From NCBI GenBank assembly GCA_010909165.1, contig MU008191.1, positions 1 through 64,000 on the forward strand: DNA of 64,000 bases, in the 5' to 3' direction. Both the position numbers and the translations under genes were made by a program. Of this stretch, positions 1 through 13,500 are shown in pieces; the stretch's first letter is position 1, and every line of letters starts with the position of its first letter. This stretch comes from Anthoceros angustus (taxonomy: Eukaryota > Plantae > Anthocerotophyta). The notes beneath the pieces are model-generated. The model saw nothing but the letters and a program-made list of their open reading frames with translations, did no database searches and was not told the DNA's origin.

Positions 1-1308
1 AATGTGCATCCCACCCTCTTGTGCGCAGTGGGATACTCTCAGCCTGCACATAAAGACTCGGTGGTTGAGGAGCTTATCTCCTTGTCGGGAAGAGAACGCT
101 TGTCACAGTTGCAAGCGAGGAGACAAGCAATCTAGTGGCAGCAAAATTGCTCTTGGTGAGCTCACACGCACGCTCTTGGCGCAATAATCTATGACAAGAA
201 GGTATGGATCTTTCCAGTAGACTTCAACTTTATATTCTTTTCAAACGAACAAATCTTTGGAGTATTCTCTGCGGAAGAGGATGCACATGTTGCCCATGTT
301 CGAGAGGCAACATCGTCTTATCTGAGGCAGGCGGACAATCTCACAACAACAAGGCGTGACACCCTTCACGAAGTTAATTTGGCGGAGGACTTACATGATG
401 CCTTGACCGCATACATAGTTTGATTGAAGGAAAAGGACTCCTCGTGGATTCCAGCTCCTTGTTACACCAGCCAAAATGTGCCCTTCATATCACAAAGTCT
501 GCGTGTGCACCGAGTTGTCCTCCCTTTGCATCCTTGGCTCTTGTTTCAATTTGTGTCCATGCCTCTAACGACTATTGGTTCCATGGTGATTTGCGGGGGT
601 TGGATGCTATGAGTTCGTTTTCCTCCCAGAGCCACTATTTCATGATGCATGCCTCTACCAACACATGTTGGTCACGGTGACTTGCCCCAATCACCTAATC
701 TTAAAATGGAACTAATTAAGTGGCAGCACGATTTCTTTTAAAGACTGGACGGTGGCTGATGAGGCCAGCAGCAGGATGGCTCGCAAGGAATTTTGCAGGC
801 ATTCATTTGTGGACAACCTGAGTGGCAAGCGTGATAAGGTGAAGACTCAAGCTACTCTGAGGGACGTGGATTTCCAGGAGGCTTTTGAGCGCCTCTACTT
901 CAAGCAGAAGATTCCACAAGTCAAGCAAGTTGAGAGGGTTTGCTTTTTACAACAATGCATTGATTCCTTCCTCCAGTTCTATCACCGAGTCTCCACCGCA
1001 TCAAACTTCAACAGACGGAAAAATTGTTACTAGTTCTGCTCAAGAGGAGCGTAGGTTTCTCCACCGTTGTGCTCAGCCGATTTGTTTTGCTGCCTTCAGC
1101 TTAATGCCAAGTTGGTTGAATCCCAAAGAAGATAGACAACGCCATTGTCAGACTTGATAGGCTAGAGAAAACCGGAGAGTTGGGAAAATTCGCATCCGTT
1201 TCTCAAGAGCTAGAGGTCAAGAGACATGCCAAGGAAATTAGAGAGATTCGACAGCAGCTCGGGTCTGATGTCCCTGTCCCACAATACTCACCTTGATTTC
1301 CAGCAGTA

Positions 1309-4300
1309 ATGGCTGGAACATGGTCAGATGGGTCTGACCGACTCCAGGAGAAGGATCGCCTGACTCAATCCAATTATGACAACTGGAGTTTTCATATCAG
1401 ATTCTTGAAGAGAAGTCACTCATGGATGTGGTTGGATGGCACCAATCCGCGGTAGAATTGCCGGTCAACCGTCAGCAACACCGTGGAGGATCGGTACCCA
1501 TGACAGCAAAGCAAGGAGGAGTGGCAACAAGGCGATGTGAAGGCACACTCAATCCTTGTGTCTTCAGTGTCCCAAGACATGATTCCTCACATCAAGCTGA
1601 CAAGTACATCAAATGAAGCATGGACACTGTTAGGTGATACTTATGAATCTAAGGATATGATGACGGATGTTGCAGCAACCTTACATTTCCAGACACTCCG
1701 CATGAAGGAGACAAATTCTGTTGAGAGCCATGCCTCGAGGTTTCGTGCAGCCAGAGCCAAGCTGGCATCTTGTGGAGTTTTTGTGCCTGAAGACAGGGCA
1801 GCAATTCAACTCCTCACCTCACTGCCGCCAAGTTATGAGCAGTTTAGTGCCATTCAGGAAGCAATTGCCATCAAAGTCCCGGCGACCTCTACAACACCTA
1901 CATCCAACTGTTTGCATGTGGTTGTTGGTGCATTGCTCAGTCAAGCCAACAGAAGCACATGCCAAGCCGAGGTTCTGCCTCAAAATAAAGGAGACACTGC
2001 CCTCTTCAGTTGGAGAGGGCGAGGCAGAGGTCGTGGCAGGGGAGGACGTGGCCGTGGAGGTGCTGGTAGGGGCAGAGGGCAAGCGCCCTCTTCATCACCT
2101 GATCCTAACTCCACAAAGAAACCAGGTGTGTGTAATTATTGTGGCAAACCTAACCATTGGGTTAAGGATTGTAAGAAGAAGAAGGCTGATGATGCAGCTA
2201 AAGGAAAACACTCATCTGAGACACATGTAGCCAGAGCGTCCACTCCAGGTCTGCTGGTAATGTGTCTTGCATCTTCCTCACGTGATTCTTATCACTGGTT
2301 TCTTGACAAGGTGCATCCAATCACATGTGTTCTGAGGAAGGCCTTCATTTCCTATCAACCAACTCCACTGGTCATGACCATGCCGTTGTCTAGGTGATAA
2401 CTCGCTTGCCAATTAGAGGGTCCGAACATTCTTGTTACCGCACAGAATGGTACACCTTTGAGTTAGAAAATACTCTTCATGTTCCTCTCCTGACTAAGAA
2501 TTTAGTTAGTACAATGGCCTTGGGAAAAATAGGGTTGTACAGAATCACATTTGAGGGCATAGAGTGTACCATTTCTCTCTCAGTCTCCATCCACAGTCCT
2601 AGCTCATGGTCGCCCCTTGTATGACCTTTATTTGCTGGATTTCTTTATTGATGTTCCCGCTCCTGCAGCCCATGTTGCTGATGCAAAGGCTCCTGTTAGT
2701 ATAGCTTATCTATGGCATTGCAGGCTGGGTCATCCTAATATACAGGCCATGAGACGTCTTCTCAAAGAGACGATGGTAACTGGATTTGTGGAATCGGAGT
2801 TACTTGATCTGGAGTTGTGTGTAGCTTGTATCCATGGCAAGCAGTTTATATCCCACTTTGGAAGTGGTAAACCTCGCAAGGTTACAGAACCTCTGGATCT
2901 AATCCACACAGATATCTATGGCCCTATGTCTACTCCATCCTGGGGAGGCTCACAATATTTTGTGGTATTTGAGGATGACAGGACTCACTTCATGATCTCC
3001 TTCAAGATAAGAGTGAGGTATTCCCGCTTTAAGAAGTATCGCTTATGCGTAACGCCGATCGGGCATAAGTTGAAATGCCTCGAGATCCGACAATGCCAAA
3101 GAGTATATCATGCTTTCCAAGATTTTATAAGAAAGAGGAATCATAAGACAACTCACTATACCTTATCATTCCGACATGAATGGGCTGAACGCCGCATCAT
3201 TGGATGCGTGTCCCTTATGTTTCGTGGAGGTTGCTCGACGATTTGGGGTGAAGCAGTTCAAGTTGCTACATATCTTCAGAACAGGATTATTTTCTCCTCA
3301 CTTCATGGACAGATACCCTTTGAGGCTTGGACAGGGTCAAGCCCGATCTGTCACATCTTCGAGTTTTTGGGAGCATTGCCTATGCACATATTCCGGATAA
3401 ATCGGCCAAGTTCTCTTACAAATCAAAGCGTATATTTTTATCGGCCACACTGGCATCCATGGGTACAAATTGTTTGATCCTATCTCTCATAAGGTACTCC
3501 ATGCGCGGGTCTTTGATGAGAGATCACTCGTGCTCCTTCTTTGGATGATTCTCAGTTTCATCCTTTGCTGGACATTTTGTGATCATGACTCGACCATGAG
3601 TTGGACACGCTTTTCCACAGCTTTGATGCCTCTTTTCCAGGATGTTCGGACAACCTTATCCTACTTTCTCCGGTGGGGTTGCTCTAGTAGGGCTGCCTCG
3701 TGCTAGATTCCCGCCTACCGATTCCGATGTTGATTACTGATGCCCCGTCGCGTCCTCCTGTTCGGCTTTGTTCCTCCATATGAGGAGGCTGATATTGCTG
3801 AACGCTGAGTTTCTAATCCCGTTCCTCGCCTCCTCCTCCTTACGAGTGTGGTTGCCCTCATCGCCCTCCCTCTCGGGCATGAGCCTCCTTATCGTAGTGA
3901 GGATTAAAGGTCCCTCGCCCTCATGGTTCTCGGTGATGAGAGTCGTTGATGTTGTCGATGTGGTCAACCTTACCATCAACCACGGAACCTCGACCTACAA
4001 AGATGCTCGTTAGTCTAGGCCGTGGGAGCAAGCCATTAAGTCTCGAATACGATAGCCGATACAAAACCATACTGGAAGTTCGCCCGCCTCCGGGAGGAAA
4101 ATTGTCACCTCTAAATGGGTCTTTAAGTTGAAATACAAGGCGATGGCAGCATTTCCGGTACAAGGCTAGGTTAGTAGCTCGTGGTTTTCTCGTGTCTGGC
4201 TGGATTACCATGACACCTTTTCCCTCTGTCAAGTCCACTTAGGGTCCTTTGCTATGTCGCCTTCTTCAAGCTATTCATCCATCAAATGGATGTCAAGACT

Positions 4301-5482
4301 ACCTTTCTCCATGGTCGAGGAAGAGATTTATATGTGCATCAAGGGTTTGAGCTAAAGGAAAAGAAGACCATGTTTTAAGCTGCTCAAGACCATATACGGG
4401 CTAAAACAAAGCCTAGAGCTTGGTATTTACATAGATGAGTTTCTCGAGTTTGGCTTCACAAAAGCCTGGCAGACACCAATGTTTACTGCAGGAGACAGGC
4501 TATGTTATTCTGGCCTTATATGTCGACGACTGTATACTTATGGGAACTGATCTTGCCGGCATAAAGAAGGTAAGACTCTCTTATCTGGTCGTTTTGATAT
4601 GGTGGACATTGGTGAGCTTACTTATTGTCTTGGAACTCAACTCCTGCGGGATGACGCATCAGGCACATTAGTGATCCACCAGGAGAAATATATCTATGAT
4701 ATGCTGTATAAGTATAAGCGGACTGAAGCTAAGCTAGCTCTTACTCCTTTAGAAGCGGGTTGTAAGTTGAGCAAGTCCCAATCCCCACATCGATGCAGGC
4801 GTGATGAGATGTCCTTAGTTCCCTATGCAGGCGTAGGTTCTCTAATCTTTGTTCGAACCATACCAGGCTGATGTTTCTTTTGTAAGTATAGTTTCGCAGT
4901 TCAAGGATCCTAGTAGCCACATTGGTCAAGCGTATCCTTAGGTATTTGAAGGGCACTAGCAATCATGGAATCCACTACTCTAGATCATCACGTGATGAGG
5001 ACATGCTCACCTTGATAGGGTATTGCGATGCTGGGCAGCAGATCCCGATACTGAAGTATGTGTCACCACGCCTTCTTGTTAGCCGGTGCTTACTTGGTCC
5101 TCGAAGAAACAATCCATCGTGTCATTGTCGTCAGGCTGAATATTCAGCATTAACTAAAGCAGCCAAGGAAGCAATTTGGCTAAGGAGGCTACTTGAAGAT
5201 GTGGGCCAAGCTCAACGTGAACCCACAACTATCTGCGATAATCGCCCGGCATTGACACATAATTTTCATGCGAGGACCAAGCATATCGAGGTGCATCATC
5301 ATTTTATCGGACGCCACGCTCAGTCGATCAAGCTTGAATATATCCCAGATGCAAATGTAGCAGATATTCTCACCAAGTCCTTAGCGAGCAAAACATTTCG
5401 GTTCAAGGAGTCACTTGGAGTCTTAGAGTCCGTCACATACCCATGTCCAGTCGATTATGAGAAGGATAAGTTCAGCATATGA
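1309..5482 (+). mobile_element. Ty1/Copia LTR retrotransposon internal region (gag-PR-INT-RT-RNaseH), frameshifted
   Basis: UBN2-like gag with RGG tract and CCHC knuckle (CNYCGKPNHWVKDC, ORF 1537-2397). Protease-like WFLD; gag-pre-integrase LWHCRLGH; integrase LDLIHTDIYGP; RT ALYVDDC; RNase H AEYSALTKAAKEAIWLRRLL...HARTKHIEVHHHFI...ADILTKSL. Domains are in Copia order. No LTRs recognised. Confidence 0.93.
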
Positions 5483-5859
5483 AAGCATAGTCTGTTCCTA
5501 GAGGGCTAGTCGCTATCATCCTCGTTGGAGCTTGATGGGTAGGTAGGTTGCTATTTATGTTTCTGCCTAAGCTCTTCTTCAGACTCTGTGTCATCATTGC
5601 TGTCCATGTGGCTCCAGTCCATGCCAGACTCCTCGTACATCCTCTTCTCAGACACTGCATACATGTGTTACAATGTCAGGGCTAGTTCTAGCACTTCTCA
5701 AACCACACAAATAGTGGGAGCTAAATCAGATGTGCAGGAGGTCCTTACCGTAGAACGAAATGAAATTCCCACCATGTCCGCCCCATCTATACCATCTGTC
5801 TCTAATCATGGTGATCCCTGTTGAAGTACAGCGATAGACTTCAGGAGTCTGAGGGTTGT

Positions 5860-6948
5860 TGTGGGAGGCAGATCCCGGGGCTTCCGAGATGCACCCTCTA
5901 GCGGCCACACTTATCCCACTGTCGTTTCGTACGTTTGGTTTCGTCCCATGAGACTTGTGGAACGGTCGAATCTTGAGAAATCAGTCACTACCTGCAGCTA
6001 CACACTACCTCAACCTTCTAAACAAGCAAGGCGCCCTCTCACGCTCCCTCTACAGCAGTTACACCGCCTGTACTGCTTCTTAAATTCACCAAGCCTCAAC
6101 CTACAACGACACCACCCGATTGCAGGTCACGTCTTAACAACAAGGCGTCTATCACGGGCGCCCGGGACCCCCTGACCCACACCACAATTTCGTCCCTACT
6201 CCTAAGACCACTCTCCTCCACACAGGGAGCGCTCTCTTACTGCAGATTTGGGATTCGTCCCTTAGGCTCTGCCTGTGGCCTTCCGTTTTCCCTACACTCT
6301 AATCCTCCTCACAACTCCCTCAATCAACGACGCCCTCTTCTTCTCTACTCATCAAACCTTCCTTCCTCCACAATCTCCTACTCTAACACCGATAACTGGC
6401 TCATTAATTCCAACTCGCCCTTACGGCACAATTGCACGGGTCCGTCCGGAATTAACGAGTTCTTCCTTGGGCGGTTGCTGTGGTTTGTACCAAACGAGAA
6501 CCTCCAGGAGTCTTTCCTGCTCTACCCTCGAGAGTTCCTTGAGCATCGCCACACACTCAAAGCAAAACAATTCACACAACAACCATTCACAAGGGCTAGC
6601 GAGCGCAAAAGAGCAAGCCCTCCACCCAAGACTCCGACCGCGTCCTCCCCTCTACCAGACATCGTTGGCTTGCGGCCGGCACTTCCTCGCACACAAAGCG
6701 AAGGACTCGAGGATGGGAGCGCAAGACACGATAATTTTACTCTCACAAGCTCCCTCCTTTTATGGAGGTCCTCACATACAGCCTCCCACAGGCGCGCCCC
6801 TCCGCGCCTCACTCCTTATTTTAGTGTATCCTATTGTCAGACTTTAAGTTCTGACATCCAAGCATCTTGGGTAAAATTCTATTCTAGCAAACTTCACCTA
6901 TGTGAGCCTTAATGGCTCCTGTCAACATTCCCATCTAGCTAGTCAACA
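5860..6948 (-). repeat. LTR-like repeat family A, copy 1
   Basis: ~1.05-1.09 kb direct repeat of 9531-10549. On the minus strand it runs TGTTGAC...CCCACA, with TATA-like CCATAAAAGG near 6760. Confidence 0.7.
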
Positions 6949-7790
6949 CACCCTACTAGGTTCTCCGACCACGGTAGGAGTCCCTCCTACCACGGTAGGA
7001 ACTCCTCCTACCATGGTAGGTGTTCCTACCGGGGTCATTTCTTCTCCCTCACCCCCTCCCCTGTGAAGCTTCTCCCGCTTCACTCGCTTCTCCCTGGTGC
7101 GAAGTTCCTTCACCCATGTTGCTTGGGACACTCTCCAAGTCTAAGGCTTCCGATTGGACTTGCATGAGGGCCTCCCTATCATCATCATGAGGTCCCAACA
7201 TCCTCCTGCCGCTGAGTTTCCGCTCGCCTACTTGCAATTTCCCTTGCTTGGTAGGTCCTTGTCTTTTCCGCCTCCGTCTTCAAGAATTCAACTCTCCTCT
7301 TGGCGGCTCCTATGTCAACCTTGCTGAACATCTCCCCTATGCGCGCATCTCTTCCAACATGTCTAAGTCTCCTTTCTTACCTCCCGAGACTCAAGGCCTT
7401 TGCCTTGCTCATGGGATCTTACATCCCTTGCTTCCCTATGATGAGCTCCGCTCATCACTTGGTGGGGCAACTCCTCCCACCGTGACTCCATCCGCTCGCC
7501 CACCTAGGGGCGGTTGTCTCCTTATCTCCGCTTGGGAGCTTCCAAACCGTGACTTCCTCCCTCCTGTAGGAGGTGCTTCTACCAGTAGGACTTCCTACCG
7601 TGGTAGAACTAAATTCCACCTTGAGGCCTTGTCATGAGGACGAAGGGGTCCCAAACCCCTGTGGGAACACCTCCTATCCTCGTAGGCGGGATTCCTGCCA
7701 TGGTAGGATCTATCCTACCTTCCATCTCCGCATCTTCTGCGGTCCATCACCGAAAATTCGTAGGTGTCGAACTCGGGGCTACTTGCCCGT
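6949..7790 (-). mobile_element. Internally deleted copy of the family A internal/accessory region
   Basis: Colinear with 10910-11135 joined to 11865-12330. Carries the same CCTACCRYGGTAGG palindromes. Confidence 0.75.
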
Positions 7791-7794
7791 CCAT

Positions 7795-9520
7795 CTTTCA
7801 AAAGGGGTCATGGAGCCAAGCTCCTTTGTTGGCAGCCGATTCTGTACATAGTTGACGGCCATCAAAACTTCTGCCCAATACCACGGGTGAGTCCAGCAAA
7901 AGAAAGAGAAGCCAAAGTGGCTTCCTGTAGAGTTCTGTTTTTGCGTTCCGAGAAAGCATTCTGCTCTGGAGTGTAAGGAATTGTCAACTGATGAAGGATT
8001 CCTTCTTCTGTACAGAACGATGCGAATGCGTGACTGGTTGACTCACCGCCATTATCTGTTTGCAAAATTCGCACCTTACAGGAAGTCTGGCGTTGAGCAT
8101 AGCGAACATAAGACTTGAAACGATCAAAAGCTTCACTCTTGTGTCGTAGAAAACTACACAATATACGCTCCACTCGTCGATGAAAGTCAAGAAATAGTCC
8201 AAAGGAGCTAGTGGACATGGGGCCACATATGTCGCTATGCAGAGTGTGAAGCAAGCCTTCAGCACGGCTAAGGGCCATATCCTTAAAGGCGTGAATGTGC
8301 CTTACTCAATTGTGAGGACTCACAGGCGTTCTTATCAAAAGAGAATTCAAGGGCTCACGATAACTCTCACCTTTGACAAGGAGGCGGGGCGTTGGAAATT
8401 GACATGTCCAAGACGACAGTGCCACAATTGTGTGGAAGGTACCTGCATGGAATAGCGATTGAGTAGAACCTAACACGGTCTTGGCGTTCGGGAGGTACAG
8501 TCGTGAGAAGGTGAGCACGAGAAAGATGATGCCCTAACTTGGAGCTTGTAACATAGCACCCTTGCGATCAAAACACACTCGGCGTAATGTTCTGTGACAG
8601 ATGAGACATCAAGTTCTTAGTCATTGGAAGGGACATAGAGAACCTTTGTGAGTGTAAGGCTTGAAGAGTCGAGGCAAAATGATATGAGAAACTGAACCTT
8701 TGATAGAAAGTCCACTATCGTCCCTAATAAGACAAAGCTGTTTGGCATCAGCGGAAGGAGTGAAAGAAGAAAAAACACTGTGAAAGCAAATATGACTTGT
8801 GGCTCTGAATCGAGAAACCATGTGTGATTGTACTTGTGTGGCGACAAACAAAGCTGCCGGGATAGTGGTGTAGCCTTCTGATGGTGACGTTGCTTTCTGG
8901 AGGATGATCGCGCCTGGGCTCTCCTCCTTTCTTCTTACGACAGTTTCGTTCATAATGGCCAGGGATCTTACGCCAGTTGCACACAAAAATCTTCTTGGTG
9001 ATTACGTCACGTTGTGGGTTCGAGTAGGAACCACGTCCTCTACCTCGACCTCGAAAGCCACCTCGGCCCCTTGATGTAAACAATACTCTTGTGTTGTTGG
9101 AAGTGGAGCCCTTAGGCTTGTGAAAACTCAGCGCCTCGATATAAGGGCCAATTACCTCCTCGAGTGTTACCTTCTGTCGGGTAGTATTGAACAGCAGATG
9201 TATTGTGGCATTCTGACCGCCAACAAAGTGCGATAACTTTGGAAGTGAAGCCAAGATACTTATAGTCGCTTGAACTTCACAAGACTGCATCACAATAGGC
9301 AAGATTAGCACGAAGTTGATATAAGCCTCAAGCTCATTGTCCCGCATCCTCAAATTGAAGAAGTCTCGCGGCGCATGCACCGTGGACGCCGAACTCTTGT
9401 CCCGATATATAGATCGGGAAAACTTTCCACACATCCGCCGAGGTTTTGGCATCTATGGTGTGTGGCATCACATTCTATCTAAGGCAGCAATGAGTATAGA
9501 ACGAGCACGCCTATCCTTAC
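7795..9520 (-). mobile_element. Second Ty1/Copia fragment (gag-PR-INT), truncated at both ends
   Basis: Minus-strand gag with RGRGGFRGRGRG and a degraded knuckle (CNWRKIPGHYERNC). Protease TWFLDS; integrase LHSDICGPM, ILQTDNGGE, PYTPEQNAFSERKNRTL. Confidence 0.88.
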
Positions 9521-9530
9521 GCCTCCCAGC

Positions 9531-10549
9531 CGTGGGAGGCGGATCCGGGCTCCGAGATGCACCCTCTAGCGGCCACACTTATCCCACCGTGCGTTGGCGT
9601 TTTTCCCCATGAGACTTGGAACGGATCTTGAGAAATCAATCACTGCAGCCTACACACTACCTCAGCCTTCTAAACAAGGCGCCCTCTCACGCCTCTCAGC
9701 AGCCTACGCATCGCTTCTTGTAAACTCACCAAACCTCAACCTACAACGACACCACAATTGTGTCACGTCTTAAAAAGGTGTCTATCACGGCGCCAGGGAC
9801 CCCCGACCCAATAACTCCCTACTCCCTCTTCTCCACCACGGGAGCGCCTTACTTGCAGTTGGGATTCGTCCCTTAGGCTCGCTGTGGCCTTAGTTTTCCT
9901 ACACTCTAATCCTCCTCACAACTCTCTCAATCAACAACGCCCTCTTCTTCTCTACTCATCTACCCTTCCTTCCTCCACAATCTCCTACTCTAACACCAAT
10001 TGCTGGCTCATTAATTCCAACTCGCCCTTACGGCACAACCGCTGGGTCCGTCCGAAATTAACGAGTTCTTCCTTTGCTATGTGGTTTGTACAGACAGAGA
10101 AACCTCCAGGAGTCTTTCCTGCAGTCTACCCTCAAGCCGAGAGTTCCTTGAGCATCGCCACACACTCAAAGCAAAACAATTCACATGAACCATTCACAAG
10201 GGAGCGGTGGCGCTGCAAAGAGCAAGCCCTCCGCCCAAGACTCCGACCGCGTTCTCCTCTCTACCAGACATGCGTTGGCTTGCGGCACGAAATTCGCACA
10301 AAGTGAAGGACTCGGAGGATGGGAGCGCAAGACACGATAATTTTACTTCACAAGCTCCCTCCTTTTATAGGGAGGTCCTCACATACAGCCTCTCGCGCCC
10401 TCCGCACCGCCTCACTCCTTATTTTAGTGTATCCTATTGTCGACTTTAAGTTCGACATCCAAGCATCTTGGGTAAAATTCTATTCTAGCAATTCACCTAT
10501 GTGAGCCTTAATGGCTCCCTGTCCAACATTCCTATCTAGCTAGTCAACA
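9531..10549 (-). repeat. LTR-like repeat family A, copy 2
   Basis: Direct repeat of 5860-6948. Minus-strand CTATAAAAGG near 10365. A purine tract (minus AGAGGAGAGGGCAGG, ~10568-10582) just upstream is a candidate PPT. Confidence 0.7.
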
Positions 10550-13500
10550 CTCTGACAAGCATTAATGCCTGCCCTCCTCTAAAGAAAAGTCTTCCCAAGT
10601 GGCATCTTGCCCCATGTCTTCAAGCTAATTTAAGGACTTCTTATGAATCCCTTCCTTATCTTGATGCCTATCTTGAGTTCCTTCCTCCAATAAAATAGCC
10701 GGGCTCTCTTAGCCACCGGCTCATCCTCGCCTTCTCCTCTTCCTCTCACTTGTGGAGCAAGTGAGCCCTTGCTCCTGCACCCATGTTAGGAGGTTGGTCT
10801 TCTCCTTGTGATTCTTGCTCCATTCCCGCAAGATCAACCCCTCTTCCTTCTTTCCCGCAAGGGCCAAGGTACCGCCTTGCCGTCAAATCCATGCTAGCTT
10901 TCTCCGCTTCCCCTCCCTACCATGGTAGGAACTCCTCCTACCACGGTAGGAGTTCCTACCGGTCATTTCTTCTTCCTTACCCCTTCCCGGGTGATTCTCT
11001 CCACTGCGAGCTTCCCCGCTTCACTTGCTTCTCCACAGTGCGTTTCTTCCACCCTGCTTGGGACACTCTCCAAGTCTAAGGCTTCCGGACTTGCATGAGG
11101 GCCTCCCTATCATCATCATGAGGTCCCAACATTCTCCTCTAGCAAGTCGCAACAACTCGTTAGTGGCCTTGAGCACCTTGTTGTGAAGATGGGCTGCAAA
11201 TCGTTGTGCCATCTCCAATTCTTCGTAATCCTCAAGCCATACTCCATGCTCACACTTGCTTTTGTAAGCATCTCGCTAAGGCCAGCTCACCGGTCTTGAC
11301 ATGGAGAGCCACATTCTCCGTCCCTCTCATTCTGCTTGGCGGATCAATCTCTTGTAGGGCATAATCAAATCGCCTCACCGCCAACATATGCTGCACCACC
11401 GCCTCATGACGGCCTTTCTCCTTTGCCATTTCTTCCTCCAACTCCCCTATCCTCCTAGGGAGTTGTGCATTCCGTTCTGGACTTCTCGCTCCATTTCCAA
11501 TCTTTGGACAAAATGTGTCCGTTTTCCAGCTCTTCTTCCTTCAATTCCAGCCTCCGGATTTCTCCCAGCTCCTTTTCCATGTCACTAATCTTCAACTGTG
11601 TGGCTATGACCCGCTCATGCGCCTACTTGCCTTTGTGCCGCCTCATTTGCAGAGATTGCTCTCGTCTTGACCTTTCCTCCATTAGCAGCACTTGCTTGTC
11701 TTCCGCCTTCTTTTCCATGTGCGCACCATGTGAGCAAGTTGCTCCACCTTCTCCTCTCGAGCTCAATTGCTTGGTAAGAGCCTTGTTCTCCGAATATGAT
11801 GGTTTGCCTCTGTAGCCTTGTCAAGACTCTTTTCCAAGTGCTCCACTTGAGCTTCCATCCTCATAACATCCTCCCATTGGGTTTCCGCCGCCTACCGCAA
11901 TTTCCCTTGCTTGGTAGGTCCTTGTCTTCCGCCTCCTTCAAGAATTCAACTCTCCTCTTGGCGGCTCCTATGTCTACCTTGCTGAACATCTCCCTATGCG
12001 CAGCATCTCCTCCAACATGTCCAAGTCTCCTTTCTTACCTCCGGGAGACTCAAGGCCTTTGCCTTGCTCATGGGATCTTACATCCCTTGCTTCCCTATGA
12101 TGAGCTCCCGCTCATCACTTGGTGGGCAACTCCCACCGTGACTCCATCCGCCGCCCACCTAACGGGGCCGGTTGCCTTCTTATCTCCGCTTGGGAGCTTC
12201 CAAACCGTGACTTCCTTTCCCTCCTACCGTGGTAGGAGGTACCCACCGTGGTAGGATTCTACTGTGAGGACTACTTCCACCACCTTCCCATGCAGGCCTT
12301 GTCCATGAGAGGACGAAGGGGTCCAAACTTCAAACTCCCTACAACTTCTCCTTGCAAGTCCTCCCGCACATCCTCCGCCTATCTTTCGGAGGGATTCCTT
12401 CCGAATAATGTCCGTGGTGCCGCGGCACCTCCTTTAGCGAAAGCACCAAGCACTCCCCTCTCCCGCCGTAAGTACACAATGTTAAAGGGATGCTTGGAAT
12501 CATCCAACTCCTTACTTGTGAGTAGCCCTCTACTTCCCACAAATGCACTAGATAAGTGCTAAGATAGCATGCCTTGACGCCTTCTTCATCCGACGTTGGG
12601 TTTCAGAACTTTTCCGGTGGTAGGTGTATGCTTCATACATGATGAGCCCCAATCCGCTTCGCTCCTTGAGTGATCTTCCATAGAAAATGGAGGAAGGTAG
12701 TGCTGAAATATGACACCCTTGGATTGCTCACCAAGCCCAAAACAATTCTTGTGAACAATCTCCACTTGGGCTCCAAGATTTGGTCCGTCCGCCAACCGTT
12801 CTTGGACTTAGCCTTCATGCCCCTTGCATAAGTGTAAGGGCTCCTTGGGAAGATCCGCCGTTGATGCACGCTTGCCTCGTTCCTTCCATCAACGTGATTC
12901 CGCTATCCTCGCTATCCGGCTGCCATATACCGGCGTATGCTCATCCCAACACCGTGGATCCGTCCGTGCGTTCTATCCGGTAAGGCAGCCAATTCTTCCG
13001 TCTGCTGCAAATTAGCAAAACACTCTTCTATCAATTCAAGGTTGGTGTAAGACCAATGTCGCCCATACACCCACTCTAGCTGAATATTCTCCTCTGCTGC
13101 CCAAGGTCGAAAGTCTGAAAGGTCTCTAGAGGATAGCTGGCCTGCATAGCACGTAAATAATGTCAAATTTCCACCCTCCGGAGTCTGATCCTCCTCCCTT
13201 AGACTTCTTGCCCGCTCCTGCGCCACCTCCCTTGGTGGACGCTCCTTCCTTGGCTACTACCTCCTTGCCCTTGGTCATGGCCTCCTTGGTTAGTACTTGC
13301 ACGAAATTGAAGAAAAGAGATGCCTCTCCTGCAATTCCTGCAGCACCTGCCAGCTTCCTATCCTTGCAAACGTTTCTCCTCCTCAGCGATTTGCTCCTGC
13401 TCACAGCCCAAAGGTCCTTGCCCTTGCTCTCCTCCTGCAGTCCTTACACCTTGGCGTCCCAAAACCCCGATTTCCCGCAAGAGAAAGCTCACCAAAATTC

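Noticed and set aside
9520-9541. 9-bp hairpin at the Copia/LTR-A junction
   Set aside because: One arm is plausibly gag coding sequence and the other the LTR end; coincidence cannot be excluded.
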